IMG/VR virus record: IMGVR_UViG_2974724359_000001
Location: 19,795-83,794 of that record
Length of the DNA stretch: 64,000 bases
Direction: 5' to 3' (one strand)
Source: Tulanevirus 60ahydrpp
Lineage: Duplodnaviria > Heunggongvirae > Uroviricota > Caudoviricetes > Straboviridae
Under the pieces are notes generated by a model that was not told the DNA's origin, did no database searches, and worked only from the letters and a program-made list of their open reading frames with translations. Of the stretch, positions 35,133 through 43,063 are shown one piece after another. The first letter of the stretch is position 1. The number at the start of each line of letters is the position of its first letter. The position numbers and the translations under genes were made by a program.

Positions 35133-35312
35133 CAAACTGCAGATGATTTAAACCCTCCATAATGCGTTAAATATGATAGGAGATAAAGCCACGGATTGGC
35201 CAGATGCCTTGTCATATTGGTTAAACCAGTATGCGGTAACGACAAAGGCATCAAATAGGCTTTTTGCCTTTGTTTAATACCATCAAGGAGGGGCCAATGG
35301 CCCATTTGTCGT

Positions 35313-35591
35313 ATGTTAAAAACATTTTCAATAATCGCATTGGTTTTAGCTTCAATGCACTTTGTAGAGGCGGACCCTGAAAGTGGGTCTTATGATGAGT
35401 ACATGCGTGGCGCTTTAATAGTGTATAGCAACGAAATAGTGCCATCTCTAGATAATTCGGTTGAATTTCTTGAGCATTTGAACGATAAATGGAAATCTGC
35501 TAAATGCTCTTCGAGTTGTTATCAAACTGGATATCTTGAAGCAAAGACATTCATAGCAAAGAGAGAAGGTCATGGAAGTAAGATTCGGTGA
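35313..35591 (+). CDS. small secreted protein
   Basis: 92 aa, signal-like MLKTFSIIALVLASMHFVEA. Confidence 0.45.
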   Translation: MLKTFSIIALVLASMHFVEADPESGSYDEYMRGALIVYSNEIVPSLDNSVEFLEHLNDKWKSAKCSSSCYQTGYLEAKTFIAKREGHGSKIR

Positions 35592-35952
35592 TGTTGTAAC
35601 CGAGAAAACAAGCATTTTTGATGAGTTTATTGGTGCGTGTTTAATGTCAAGCACATATGCGCATTCCGCGCACTTTATGACAAAGTCGTATGAAAAGCAT
35701 ATAGCATACGAATATTTCTATGACAATATGCCAGGGTTGATTGATATTTTCGCTGAATCATATATGGGTTCAGGATTTACGTATCGACCTCGACTGACCA
35801 TTTACAGCGGAACCTTTGAGTCATTTGTCAACGAACTTGCCCAGATGGCGGAAAAGGTATCTGCCAGTGCACCTAATACGGTTCTCAAAAACACCTCAGA
35901 TGATATCCAAGAGCTTTGTCGTATGACAATGTATAAACTATCATTGCACTAA
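35572..35952 (+). CDS. hypothetical protein
   Basis: 126 aa ORF. Confidence 0.5.
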   Translation: MEVRFGDVVTEKTSIFDEFIGACLMSSTYAHSAHFMTKSYEKHIAYEYFYDNMPGLIDIFAESYMGSGFTYRPRLTIYSGTFESFVNELAQMAEKVSASAPNTVLKNTSDDIQELCRMTMYKLSLH

Positions 35953-35956
35953 TTCG

Positions 35957-35986
35957 AATGCCCTGGTTCACACCAGGGCATTTTTG
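35957..35986 (+). terminator. rho-independent terminator
   Basis: aatgccctggttcacaccagggcattttt. Confidence 0.8.
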
Positions 35987-36075
35987 TATCCCTTTAAAAA
36001 TAAAATTCAAAATGATTGTACTCTTACGTTAAACGAGTTTAGAATGTTATCATAATCAACCAACGGAGACAACCA

Positions 36076-36282
36076 ATGAAACGTGTTAATGAAATGCCTA
36101 AAAATGGTCAGTTTGTAGTTATCTGGGTATATGACGGCAAACTCTGGTCTGAAACCTGGCGCTGGAACAACGGGGTGGTTGAAATCCTCATAGATGATGC
36201 CACTACTGAAGAATGGCGTACAAACGACTGTTATTACGATGACGGTTATGAAGATCTCGAACTCAACTATATTGTGATTTAA
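36076..36282 (+). CDS. hypothetical protein
   Basis: 68 aa, RBS acggagacaaccaATG. Confidence 0.45.
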   Translation: MKRVNEMPKNGQFVVIWVYDGKLWSETWRWNNGVVEILIDDATTEEWRTNDCYYDDGYEDLELNYIVI

Positions 36283-36284
36283 AA

Positions 36285-36596
36285 ATGTCTATACATCAGG
36301 AAATCGACAAGCTGTCAAAACAAATAGGCATGGAAGCATCAGAATTCAAGGTTCCGCCTATTTGGAAAATTGTGCGCAAACCTGAGTGGTCCTATGGGCT
36401 TTCATTTGAGCGCGAATTCACTGTTTACGAACATAAAGAAATGGGCTATACTATCGCAGTTCATTCTGAGCGGCATAGAGCTCAATTCGTCAACGAAAAC
36501 AACGAAGAGGTTATGGGTTTCGCTGAAATGATCGTTTCGGTGAGCGAAGTAGAACCTCACAAAAGCAAACATGGCACTCGTTGGCAGTTTGTGTAA
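36285..36596 (+). CDS. hypothetical protein
   Basis: 103 aa ORF. Confidence 0.5.
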   Translation: MSIHQEIDKLSKQIGMEASEFKVPPIWKIVRKPEWSYGLSFEREFTVYEHKEMGYTIAVHSERHRAQFVNENNEEVMGFAEMIVSVSEVEPHKSKHGTRWQFV

Positions 36597-36707
36597 CGCT
36601 TTAGTCATTTTGGTGTATATTACCAGTACAATGGTTTAGAATAAAAAGACTGGAAATAGAAACTCGAGCGAAGCTCGATCGCGAAGCGATAACTAATTGG
36701 AGATAAT

Positions 36708-37100
36708 ATGCAAATTATCCTTAAGCCTGCAGGCGAAGGTAAACCCGCCGAAGCAATCAAATCTGCCTATATGGCAGCAATGAATCACCCTGTTCTTATC
36801 GTTTGTTCTGAAGAGCATCCAGCTGTACTGGAGCATCGAGTTAACATGTTCAGTATTCAGAATCCTGCTATCAAAAACCGCTATGACATCGTTACTTGTT
36901 TGGAACCTGCAACTCCCGAAATGTTCAAAGATCTTGGCTATTTCGACCGTTTTGGCACCATTATTCTGGATGTCAACTTCGCAATGAGTCGCGGCCCTTG
37001 GATTACAGTATGTGCCGAACTCGAAGCATATGGTTATGAAGTAATTGCTACTCAAGAACTTGTTAAACCTGCACAAAAATCGCACAAAGTGTATCACTGA
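36708..37100 (+). CDS. hypothetical protein
   Basis: 130 aa, RBS ggagataatATG. Confidence 0.5.
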   Translation: MQIILKPAGEGKPAEAIKSAYMAAMNHPVLIVCSEEHPAVLEHRVNMFSIQNPAIKNRYDIVTCLEPATPEMFKDLGYFDRFGTIILDVNFAMSRGPWITVCAELEAYGYEVIATQELVKPAQKSHKVYH

Positions 37101-37140
37101 TATGATCGTGGCCCCTTTCAAGGGGCCACTTGGAGGAATT

Positions 37141-37509
37141 ATGAAAAGATATCGTTTCAAATCTGATGAAGCTCGACATGAATTTGCTGCCATAAGCGAC
37201 ATCAATGCTGCTATTGCTAATAGCGTATGCGATCATGTGTTTTACGTAGCTATGCCACGAAATACTATCGATGAGATTTTTTTCGAAATCAACGGTATTA
37301 CTTTGTTTCCCGAGTATTTTCCTGTTTTCTTAGCTAACGAAGTAAAAGAATATTTGGAAGAAGTAAGCGCTGAAGATGTTGCTCATGAGATATCTCAGAA
37401 GATATTGGAAAATAATGATGTTGAGCAATTGCTCGCCGAAAACGCGGCCTTGCGGGAACGCATGTCTAAACTTGAAAATCGTCTTGAACGTCTTGAACGG
37501 TTGGTATAA
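37141..37509 (+). CDS. small protein, RFKS-family paralogue 2
   Basis: 123 aa from ATG 37141 (RBS ggagga); MKRYRFKSDEARHEF; C-terminal leucine-zipper-like repeat. Confidence 0.5.
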   Translation: MKRYRFKSDEARHEFAAISDINAAIANSVCDHVFYVAMPRNTIDEIFFEINGITLFPEYFPVFLANEVKEYLEEVSAEDVAHEISQKILENNDVEQLLAENAALRERMSKLENRLERLERLV

Positions 37510-37743
37510 ATGAAATCTACAGCTTTAGCGTATGTTCTTTGGTTTTTTCTGGGTGTTTTTGGTATTCACCGTTTCTACACCAGAAATTACGTCACCGGAG
37601 TTATTTGGTTTTTTACTTGCGGTTTGTTTGGTCTTGGCTGGTTTGTCGACTTGTTTATCACGGCAGGATTAGTTCGACGCGCCAACATTGAATGGCGCCA
37701 AAATCAGATAGAAATTAATACAATGATTCGTCGAGGTTATTGA
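37510..37743 (+). CDS. TM2 domain membrane protein
   Basis: 77 aa; WFFLGVFGIHRFY...GLGWFVDL. Confidence 0.55.
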   Translation: MKSTALAYVLWFFLGVFGIHRFYTRNYVTGVIWFFTCGLFGLGWFVDLFITAGLVRRANIEWRQNQIEINTMIRRGY

Positions 37744-37744
37744 C

Positions 37745-38803
37745 ATGGTTTATAATTATGATCGTGCTGTTGTTATTGGCCGCTTTTCCAGCTTTTTCCA
37801 CCGTGGACATGAAATGCTGATTTACAAAGCGCTTCAAACTGCTGAAACTGTTGCTGTTGTCTTCGGGTCATCCCATTGTTATCCAAACACAGTCAACCCG
37901 CTTCCGACGCCGATTCGAATCAGGATGTTCAAAGAATGGATGAGTAACAATCTCACTCCTAGCGAACAAGCCAGAATTGTTTTCGGCAATGTTCCTGACT
38001 ACCGTTATAATGAAGATCGCTGGCAAACAGAAGTTCGTGAGGCCGCGCAAGAGCAACCGGGCGAGCGTGTTGCGATGATTGCATACGATAAGGATGAAGA
38101 TTCTTATTGGATCAAAACCTTTGGATGGGACCATATTCAATGCATGGGCGTTCAGAATCACGGAAAAGACATCTCAAATACCCCAATGCGCGATGAATTT
38201 CTTCGAACCGGTTCTATCCACGACGATTTCCCTATCAATCCGTCAGTGCGGTCATTTCTTTTGAAATTTTGGAATACTGAAGGTTCCGAAATACGCAGCC
38301 GGTTGATGGAAGAACGTGCGATGTGGGACAATGAACTTGCAAAGTTTAAAGATTACCCATACGCTGATGCTCTCAACTGCAATACTGCTGATGCCGTAGT
38401 AACGTGCAACAACCATATTCTGGTTATTAGCCGCAAACATGCACCAGGCAAAGGTGCTCTTGCTCTTCCAGGTGGTCACAAGAATTCCAATGAGACCTTC
38501 CGCGATTGTGCAATTCGCGAATTGTATGAAGAAGTTCGGATTGATGTCGATCGTCAAAAAATCATTGGGTCTATAAAAGCACACGAAGTATTTGATCACC
38601 CAAAGAGAACAGCAGAGTTCTGCAAACCAACGGTTGCTTATTATATCGTACTTCAACCCAATGACGATGGTAGTTTGCCTGAAGTCCGTGCTGATGATGA
38701 TGCAAAAGCAGCATTTTGGATGCCAATGCATGAATACAAGAGAAATCGGGCACGTATGTTTGACGATCATGCTGAAATCATTTCACGCTTCACCGGTATC
38801 TAG
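37745..38803 (+). CDS. natV: bifunctional NMN adenylyltransferase / Nudix hydrolase (NatV-like)
   Basis: 352 aa; N-terminal (H/T)xGH nucleotidyltransferase motif GRFSSFFHRGHEML; C-terminal Nudix box GGHKNSNETFRDCAIRELYEEVRI. Confidence 0.75.
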   Translation: MVYNYDRAVVIGRFSSFFHRGHEMLIYKALQTAETVAVVFGSSHCYPNTVNPLPTPIRIRMFKEWMSNNLTPSEQARIVFGNVPDYRYNEDRWQTEVREAAQEQPGERVAMIAYDKDEDSYWIKTFGWDHIQCMGVQNHGKDISNTPMRDEFLRTGSIHDDFPINPSVRSFLLKFWNTEGSEIRSRLMEERAMWDNELAKFKDYPYADALNCNTADAVVTCNNHILVISRKHAPGKGALALPGGHKNSNETFRDCAIRELYEEVRIDVDRQKIIGSIKAHEVFDHPKRTAEFCKPTVAYYIVLQPNDDGSLPEVRADDDAKAAFWMPMHEYKRNRARMFDDHAEIISRFTGI

Positions 38804-38849
38804 GATACAATTACGGAAAATGTTGTAACATCACCAAAGGAGAATAAAA

Positions 38850-39353
38850 ATGAAAGCAATCTGCATTCGCAAGAAAATCAAAAAGCAAAAATTTGAGCGC
38901 CTTACGCCTGGTGATGACGTGCGATACAAAAATGCCCGTTGGGAAGTTGCAACAGTTTGTTGCATCACTGAAAATCCAACGATTATTTTACGCAAAAAGA
39001 TGAGCCGAATTCATGTTATTATCGAACTTGTCACTGACTGTGGTGAAATGTCTTTCCGGTTTAAAGAAATTTCTCCCGAAGGTATTACCATCTGGGGTGA
39101 AACGTCTGAAACTTCCGAAATCAAATTCGTCAGTGGTCATTTCGGTGTGATGAAAGAAAACGAAGAAACTGTTTACACCCCGATTCAAGTCGGCGACGAA
39201 TTCATCCATCGTAATCATGATAAACGATACGTGGTTAAATTCATCGCAGAAGACGGTTCTCTAATTGCTTGGGATGCTGATTATCATAAGTCAGTTTTCG
39301 TTAACCGCAACGATCGTGATCAACTTAAAGCATATGACATGAAATTATCTTAA
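38850..39353 (+). CDS. hypothetical protein
   Basis: 167 aa ORF. Confidence 0.5.
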   Translation: MKAICIRKKIKKQKFERLTPGDDVRYKNARWEVATVCCITENPTIILRKKMSRIHVIIELVTDCGEMSFRFKEISPEGITIWGETSETSEIKFVSGHFGVMKENEETVYTPIQVGDEFIHRNHDKRYVVKFIAEDGSLIAWDADYHKSVFVNRNDRDQLKAYDMKLS

Positions 39354-39354
39354 G

Positions 39355-40338
39355 GTGGAAATTATGCAAAAAGTAGTTTTTGAGGGCCTTCATGGCTCTC
39401 ATCTTTACGGACTCAATACTCCCGAATCTGACCTGGATATGAAAGGCATTTTCATCCCCGATCCCAAAGATATTCTGCTTGGCCGAGCCAAAAGAAGCTA
39501 TTCCATCACAACTGGCAACGACAAGTCCAAGAACAGCAAGGATGATATCGATATCGAAATGTTTTCGCTCCAGCAATTCATCCTGGATGCGGCCAAGGGT
39601 GAAACCTATGCGCTGGATATGCTGCATTCTCCAAAAGACAAAATCATCACCGACTCGTCTGTTTGGCAATATATCCATCAAAACCGGTCTGCTTTCTACA
39701 CGACCAATATGACTTCCTATATGGGTTATGTTATGAAGCAAGCGGCAAAATACGGTGTTAAAGGTTCTCGTTTAGCCGCATTACGAGAAGTAAAAGAGTT
39801 CATGGATGCTCTTCAGATTCACGAAAACCCAAGACTGCGAGACCTAAAAGTTCCTCTGCCACAAAACGAGTTCTGCTTCTGGACTCACGTTGAAGAAAAT
39901 CCCGACACCATGTCGTATTACACCATGATGGGCCGTAAGTACATGGCTGGTGTTAAGATCGCTGAATTCTGCGGGGCAGTTGACAAGCTCTGGGCCGAAT
40001 ATGGCGATCGAGCTCGCAAAGCCGAAGCAAATGAAGGTATCGACTGGAAAGCTCTAAGTCATGCGATGCGAGGCGGTCTTCAATTGCTTGAAATTTACAA
40101 AACTGGCGATTTGAAGTATCCATTGGCTGATGCTGAAGAAATCAAACTGGTTAAAGCCGGTAAACTGCCTTTCGCTGTTGTTCAAGAACGCCTCGAAGAA
40201 ATCGTTGGAAATGTTGATACGGCCGCAAAAGAGGCATCTAAGAACGGAATGCCCGATAAAGTGGACATTGGACCATGGGAAGCGTTTGTCGAACAGGTTT
40301 ACGCTGAAGCAATGAAAGAATATCTGGAGAGCAAATAA
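39355..40338 (+). CDS. predicted nucleotidyltransferase (pol-beta superfamily, RlaP-like)
   Basis: 327 aa; N-terminal GLHGSHLYGLNTPESDLDMKGIF matches GS/hG[GS]x9-13Dh[DE]h nucleotidyltransferase signature. Confidence 0.5.
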   Translation: MEIMQKVVFEGLHGSHLYGLNTPESDLDMKGIFIPDPKDILLGRAKRSYSITTGNDKSKNSKDDIDIEMFSLQQFILDAAKGETYALDMLHSPKDKIITDSSVWQYIHQNRSAFYTTNMTSYMGYVMKQAAKYGVKGSRLAALREVKEFMDALQIHENPRLRDLKVPLPQNEFCFWTHVEENPDTMSYYTMMGRKYMAGVKIAEFCGAVDKLWAEYGDRARKAEANEGIDWKALSHAMRGGLQLLEIYKTGDLKYPLADAEEIKLVKAGKLPFAVVQERLEEIVGNVDTAAKEASKNGMPDKVDIGPWEAFVEQVYAEAMKEYLESK

Positions 40339-40583
40339 TGAAATTGATTCGCTTTAAATTCAAAAGTAAGGAAATGCTGACCGAGTATACTACTCGGTTC
40401 AGACGCCATATTTGGGCAGTAGGTTTCAGCGCAAACACAGTTTTTATTGCCAGAATCAACAAACGTGGCCAAGTCAAAAGTATTTTTGATGGTAAAACTC
40501 TTAAAGAACTTGTTTCTTCGAAAGAAGGTTGGCTTCCTTTTGCCTCCTTTGAGTTTGAAAAGTTTTGTGAAAAAGTAGACTAA
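40338..40583 (+). CDS. small protein, RFKS-family paralogue 3
   Basis: 81 aa; MKLIRFKFKSKEMLTEY. Confidence 0.5.
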   Translation: MKLIRFKFKSKEMLTEYTTRFRRHIWAVGFSANTVFIARINKRGQVKSIFDGKTLKELVSSKEGWLPFASFEFEKFCEKVD

Positions 40584-40586
40584 ACA

Positions 40587-40628
40587 GTTTACATCGATGG
40601 GACTATGATTTACTATAGTCCCATCAAA
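40587..40628 (+). promoter_or_regulatory. PeSL-like promoter/palindrome cassette 3
   Basis: GTTTACA-17-TACTAT with CGATGGGACTAT / ATAGTCCCATCAAA; 40 of 42 nt identical to 33401-33442. Confidence 0.6.
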
Positions 40629-40646
40629 TCAACTAAGGAGTACATC

Positions 40647-40898
40647 ATGAAAATCACTAAATCAACTAACCTGCAATCCATGGATTTCGTTGGCCGTGTC
40701 GTTAAGGCAGCGACAGAAACCAAAGAGGTTAAAATTACCCGATTCGAAACCATTGCTGCCGGTATTACCGTAGGAATCGTTGGCGCAGGGGCTGCAATGT
40801 GCTTTATTGGCGATATCGATATGGCTCGTAAAATCTTCATTGCTGGTATTATCGCTGGCGCAACTTTCCTCGTTATGAAAAAGGGACTGATGAAATGA
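40647..40898 (+). CDS. small membrane protein
   Basis: 83 aa from ATG 40647 (RBS aaggagtacatc); two Gly/Ala-rich TM helices. Confidence 0.5.
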   Translation: MKITKSTNLQSMDFVGRVVKAATETKEVKITRFETIAAGITVGIVGAGAAMCFIGDIDMARKIFIAGIIAGATFLVMKKGLMK

Positions 40899-41209
40899 TT
40901 AAAGCTGCTGAAATGGCAAAAATGGTTGCACAGAACTCCACAGAAATCGTCAATTCCGTATCTGTGCATTTTGATGATTTCTTCAATGATAATATGAAAG
41001 ACACAATGATTGTCAAAGGCGGCTATATGTCTGTTGACACGGGCCAATTCTTGCGTTACCTACGTGAAAAGCAGCCTTTTACTCATTTGCATAATGATGA
41101 CATTATCAAACGTTTTATTGCAGAACTGCGGGGATTGGGCTATAAAGCAGAACTTGTTTGTCCACCTATGAGCCCTGATTACATTTCAGTAGCGTTGGTA
41201 ACAAAATGA
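40895..41209 (+). CDS. hypothetical protein
   Basis: 104 aa ORF. Confidence 0.5.
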   Translation: MIKAAEMAKMVAQNSTEIVNSVSVHFDDFFNDNMKDTMIVKGGYMSVDTGQFLRYLREKQPFTHLHNDDIIKRFIAELRGLGYKAELVCPPMSPDYISVALVTK

Positions 41210-41226
41210 TCGTTTTGGGGCATTAA

Positions 41227-41520
41227 ATGGAGCTGAACATCGTTAAAGTATACTTGGAAAGCAAACTCCAAGTTGAATCGCTCATCGGTAATAAAGTCGG
41301 TGAACTTGAGATTTTCGCTAAAGAATATTGGCTGGTGAAAGACGGATTTATATTTCTGCATGACGGGCCAGGTATTTCCGAAAATGATTGTTCGCTCTGT
41401 TATGAAATTCTCCGGAAATGTCACGTTTCTGATGAAATCACGGTGTTTATGGTAGACGACTATGTTTCCGAAAGCGCCAAGGCTATTGTAGTTATTACTG
41501 ATAAGGAAGACAAATCATGA
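41227..41520 (+). CDS. hypothetical protein
   Basis: 97 aa ORF. Confidence 0.45.
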   Translation: MELNIVKVYLESKLQVESLIGNKVGELEIFAKEYWLVKDGFIFLHDGPGISENDCSLCYEILRKCHVSDEITVFMVDDYVSESAKAIVVITDKEDKS

Positions 41521-42188
41521 GTGGAAAATCTACCCTTCGTTCTCAACGTAAACACCAGCGCCGACGTCACAACGACATTGCTCATGTTCGCAATTTTTTG
41601 AACACCTTACAATCCGAGCAGCATGATCGCGATTGGCTCAATCTGGTTTGCAAAATGTTCAATGTTAAAACAATGGTGAAATGGGATAATACGTATCAAA
41701 AAACAGCCAGGATTCCGGCGTGGTTTTGGTACAAAATTGACCGAATTATGAGAGAAAACCATATTCCATGGTGTAAAGCCAACACTGGTATAGCCATATA
41801 CATGCATGAGAGAGGCGTCTCGCGAGTTGGCGAGTTGGCGTTTTCTACCGACAAAGGCGTATTGATGCTCGCACGGCTTCTTGAAATTGAAGTTCATTCC
41901 TCTGGTATGAATTTAGTTTTGCCGGTGTTGAATCGCTATCGGAACCGTCGGAATACCGAACTTCGCACGAAAATGGTTCATCCTAAGCCTGAAAACATTC
42001 ATTATGCGACTACCGAAGAGATTGATAGCATGAGAGATGCTATTAGCATTGATAAAATGTTAAAAGAAATCCCAGCACTCGAGTCACGAATCAGCGCTCT
42101 TTCTCGCGAACTTGCCCAATTGCAAGATAAACTCCAAAATACACGACAAGATGTCCGCGATTATCTTTCGAAAAAGTATGGTATTTGA
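41517..42188 (+). CDS. hypothetical protein with C-terminal coiled coil
   Basis: 223 aa ORF. Confidence 0.5.
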   Translation: MSGKSTLRSQRKHQRRRHNDIAHVRNFLNTLQSEQHDRDWLNLVCKMFNVKTMVKWDNTYQKTARIPAWFWYKIDRIMRENHIPWCKANTGIAIYMHERGVSRVGELAFSTDKGVLMLARLLEIEVHSSGMNLVLPVLNRYRNRRNTELRTKMVHPKPENIHYATTEEIDSMRDAISIDKMLKEIPALESRISALSRELAQLQDKLQNTRQDVRDYLSKKYGI

Positions 42189-42199
42189 TTGAAAAGTTA

Positions 42200-42240
42200 G
42201 TGTACAGTGATGGGAACATTGGTTATAATGTTCCCATCAA
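42200..42240 (+). promoter_or_regulatory. PeSL-like promoter/palindrome cassette 4 (variant arms)
   Basis: GTGTACA-17-TATAAT with GTGATGGGAACAT / ATGTTCCCATCAA; leader acggagtaatttaaATG identical to 15484-15502. Confidence 0.55.
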
Positions 42241-42261
42241 TAAACGAACGGAGTAATTTAA

Positions 42262-42408
42262 ATGTCCATCAAAACTGCTGCAATCAACATTGGGTACATA
42301 GCGTCATTTGCATTGTTTTATTCGATGTATATCGGAAATGCTTATGCCGTTCTCGGATGTGCAATGGCAGTTATCGGTTCAACCATTATTGCGAGAATTT
42401 GCGAATGA
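42262..42408 (+). CDS. small membrane peptide
   Basis: 48 aa hydrophobic ORF starting 14 nt after RBS-bearing leader; stop overlaps next start (ATGA). Confidence 0.4.
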   Translation: MSIKTAAINIGYIASFALFYSMYIGNAYAVLGCAMAVIGSTIIARICE

Positions 42409-43061
42409 ATTATTATGCGACAGTTAAGAACTTTTTGGAAAATCGTCGGGATACTTCCAATAATCACTTTAAAACCTATAAGCCTGTAGCTGAACGGTTG
42501 GCAAATTATCACCACTTCATGAAGTTGGTAAATGATATTTTGCCGAATCTGATGCCCGCATCGCCTCTCGGTAAACACAATGGCATCTCCAAAATCAAGC
42601 CAAACTACTTTAATGTTGATGCCGAAAACAACGTCACGGTTAAAGGAATTATTTGGCTCAACACAGTGTTTGAAGCAGATTGTTTTGCAGCGAGACTGGA
42701 ACTGCTTAGGCATTATGGGGCTGCCGTAAAAATTGATATTTCTGAAAATGGCAGAAATCAAATAGTTAGATTTAGCATCATCTTGAGCGAAATTAAACGT
42801 GTCAAGCCTGTTGCTGAAGATGCAAACATTGTCGAAGAGGCACGATCGGCAGAACCTGTTAATCTCGAAACTGAAAAAGAAATTTGCGAAAGCATCTTCT
42901 TTTCTGAAGCGATCGGAAAAGCTATCAACACTGTTCGAGGTGCACTCCACTTTGGCTCTAAACGGTTGAACGAAATTGACAGTGAAATCGCCAAGTTGCA
43001 AGCACTACGTAAAGAAATCGAAGACAACATGAAAATCATCAAAAACTCAATTGGGGCTTAA
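42405..43061 (+). CDS. hypothetical protein with C-terminal coiled coil
   Basis: 218 aa from ATG 42405 (in frame with ORF-track 42207 start, which runs through the promoter). Confidence 0.5.
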   Translation: MNYYATVKNFLENRRDTSNNHFKTYKPVAERLANYHHFMKLVNDILPNLMPASPLGKHNGISKIKPNYFNVDAENNVTVKGIIWLNTVFEADCFAARLELLRHYGAAVKIDISENGRNQIVRFSIILSEIKRVKPVAEDANIVEEARSAEPVNLETEKEICESIFFSEAIGKAINTVRGALHFGSKRLNEIDSEIAKLQALRKEIEDNMKIIKNSIGA

Positions 43062-43063
43062 TT

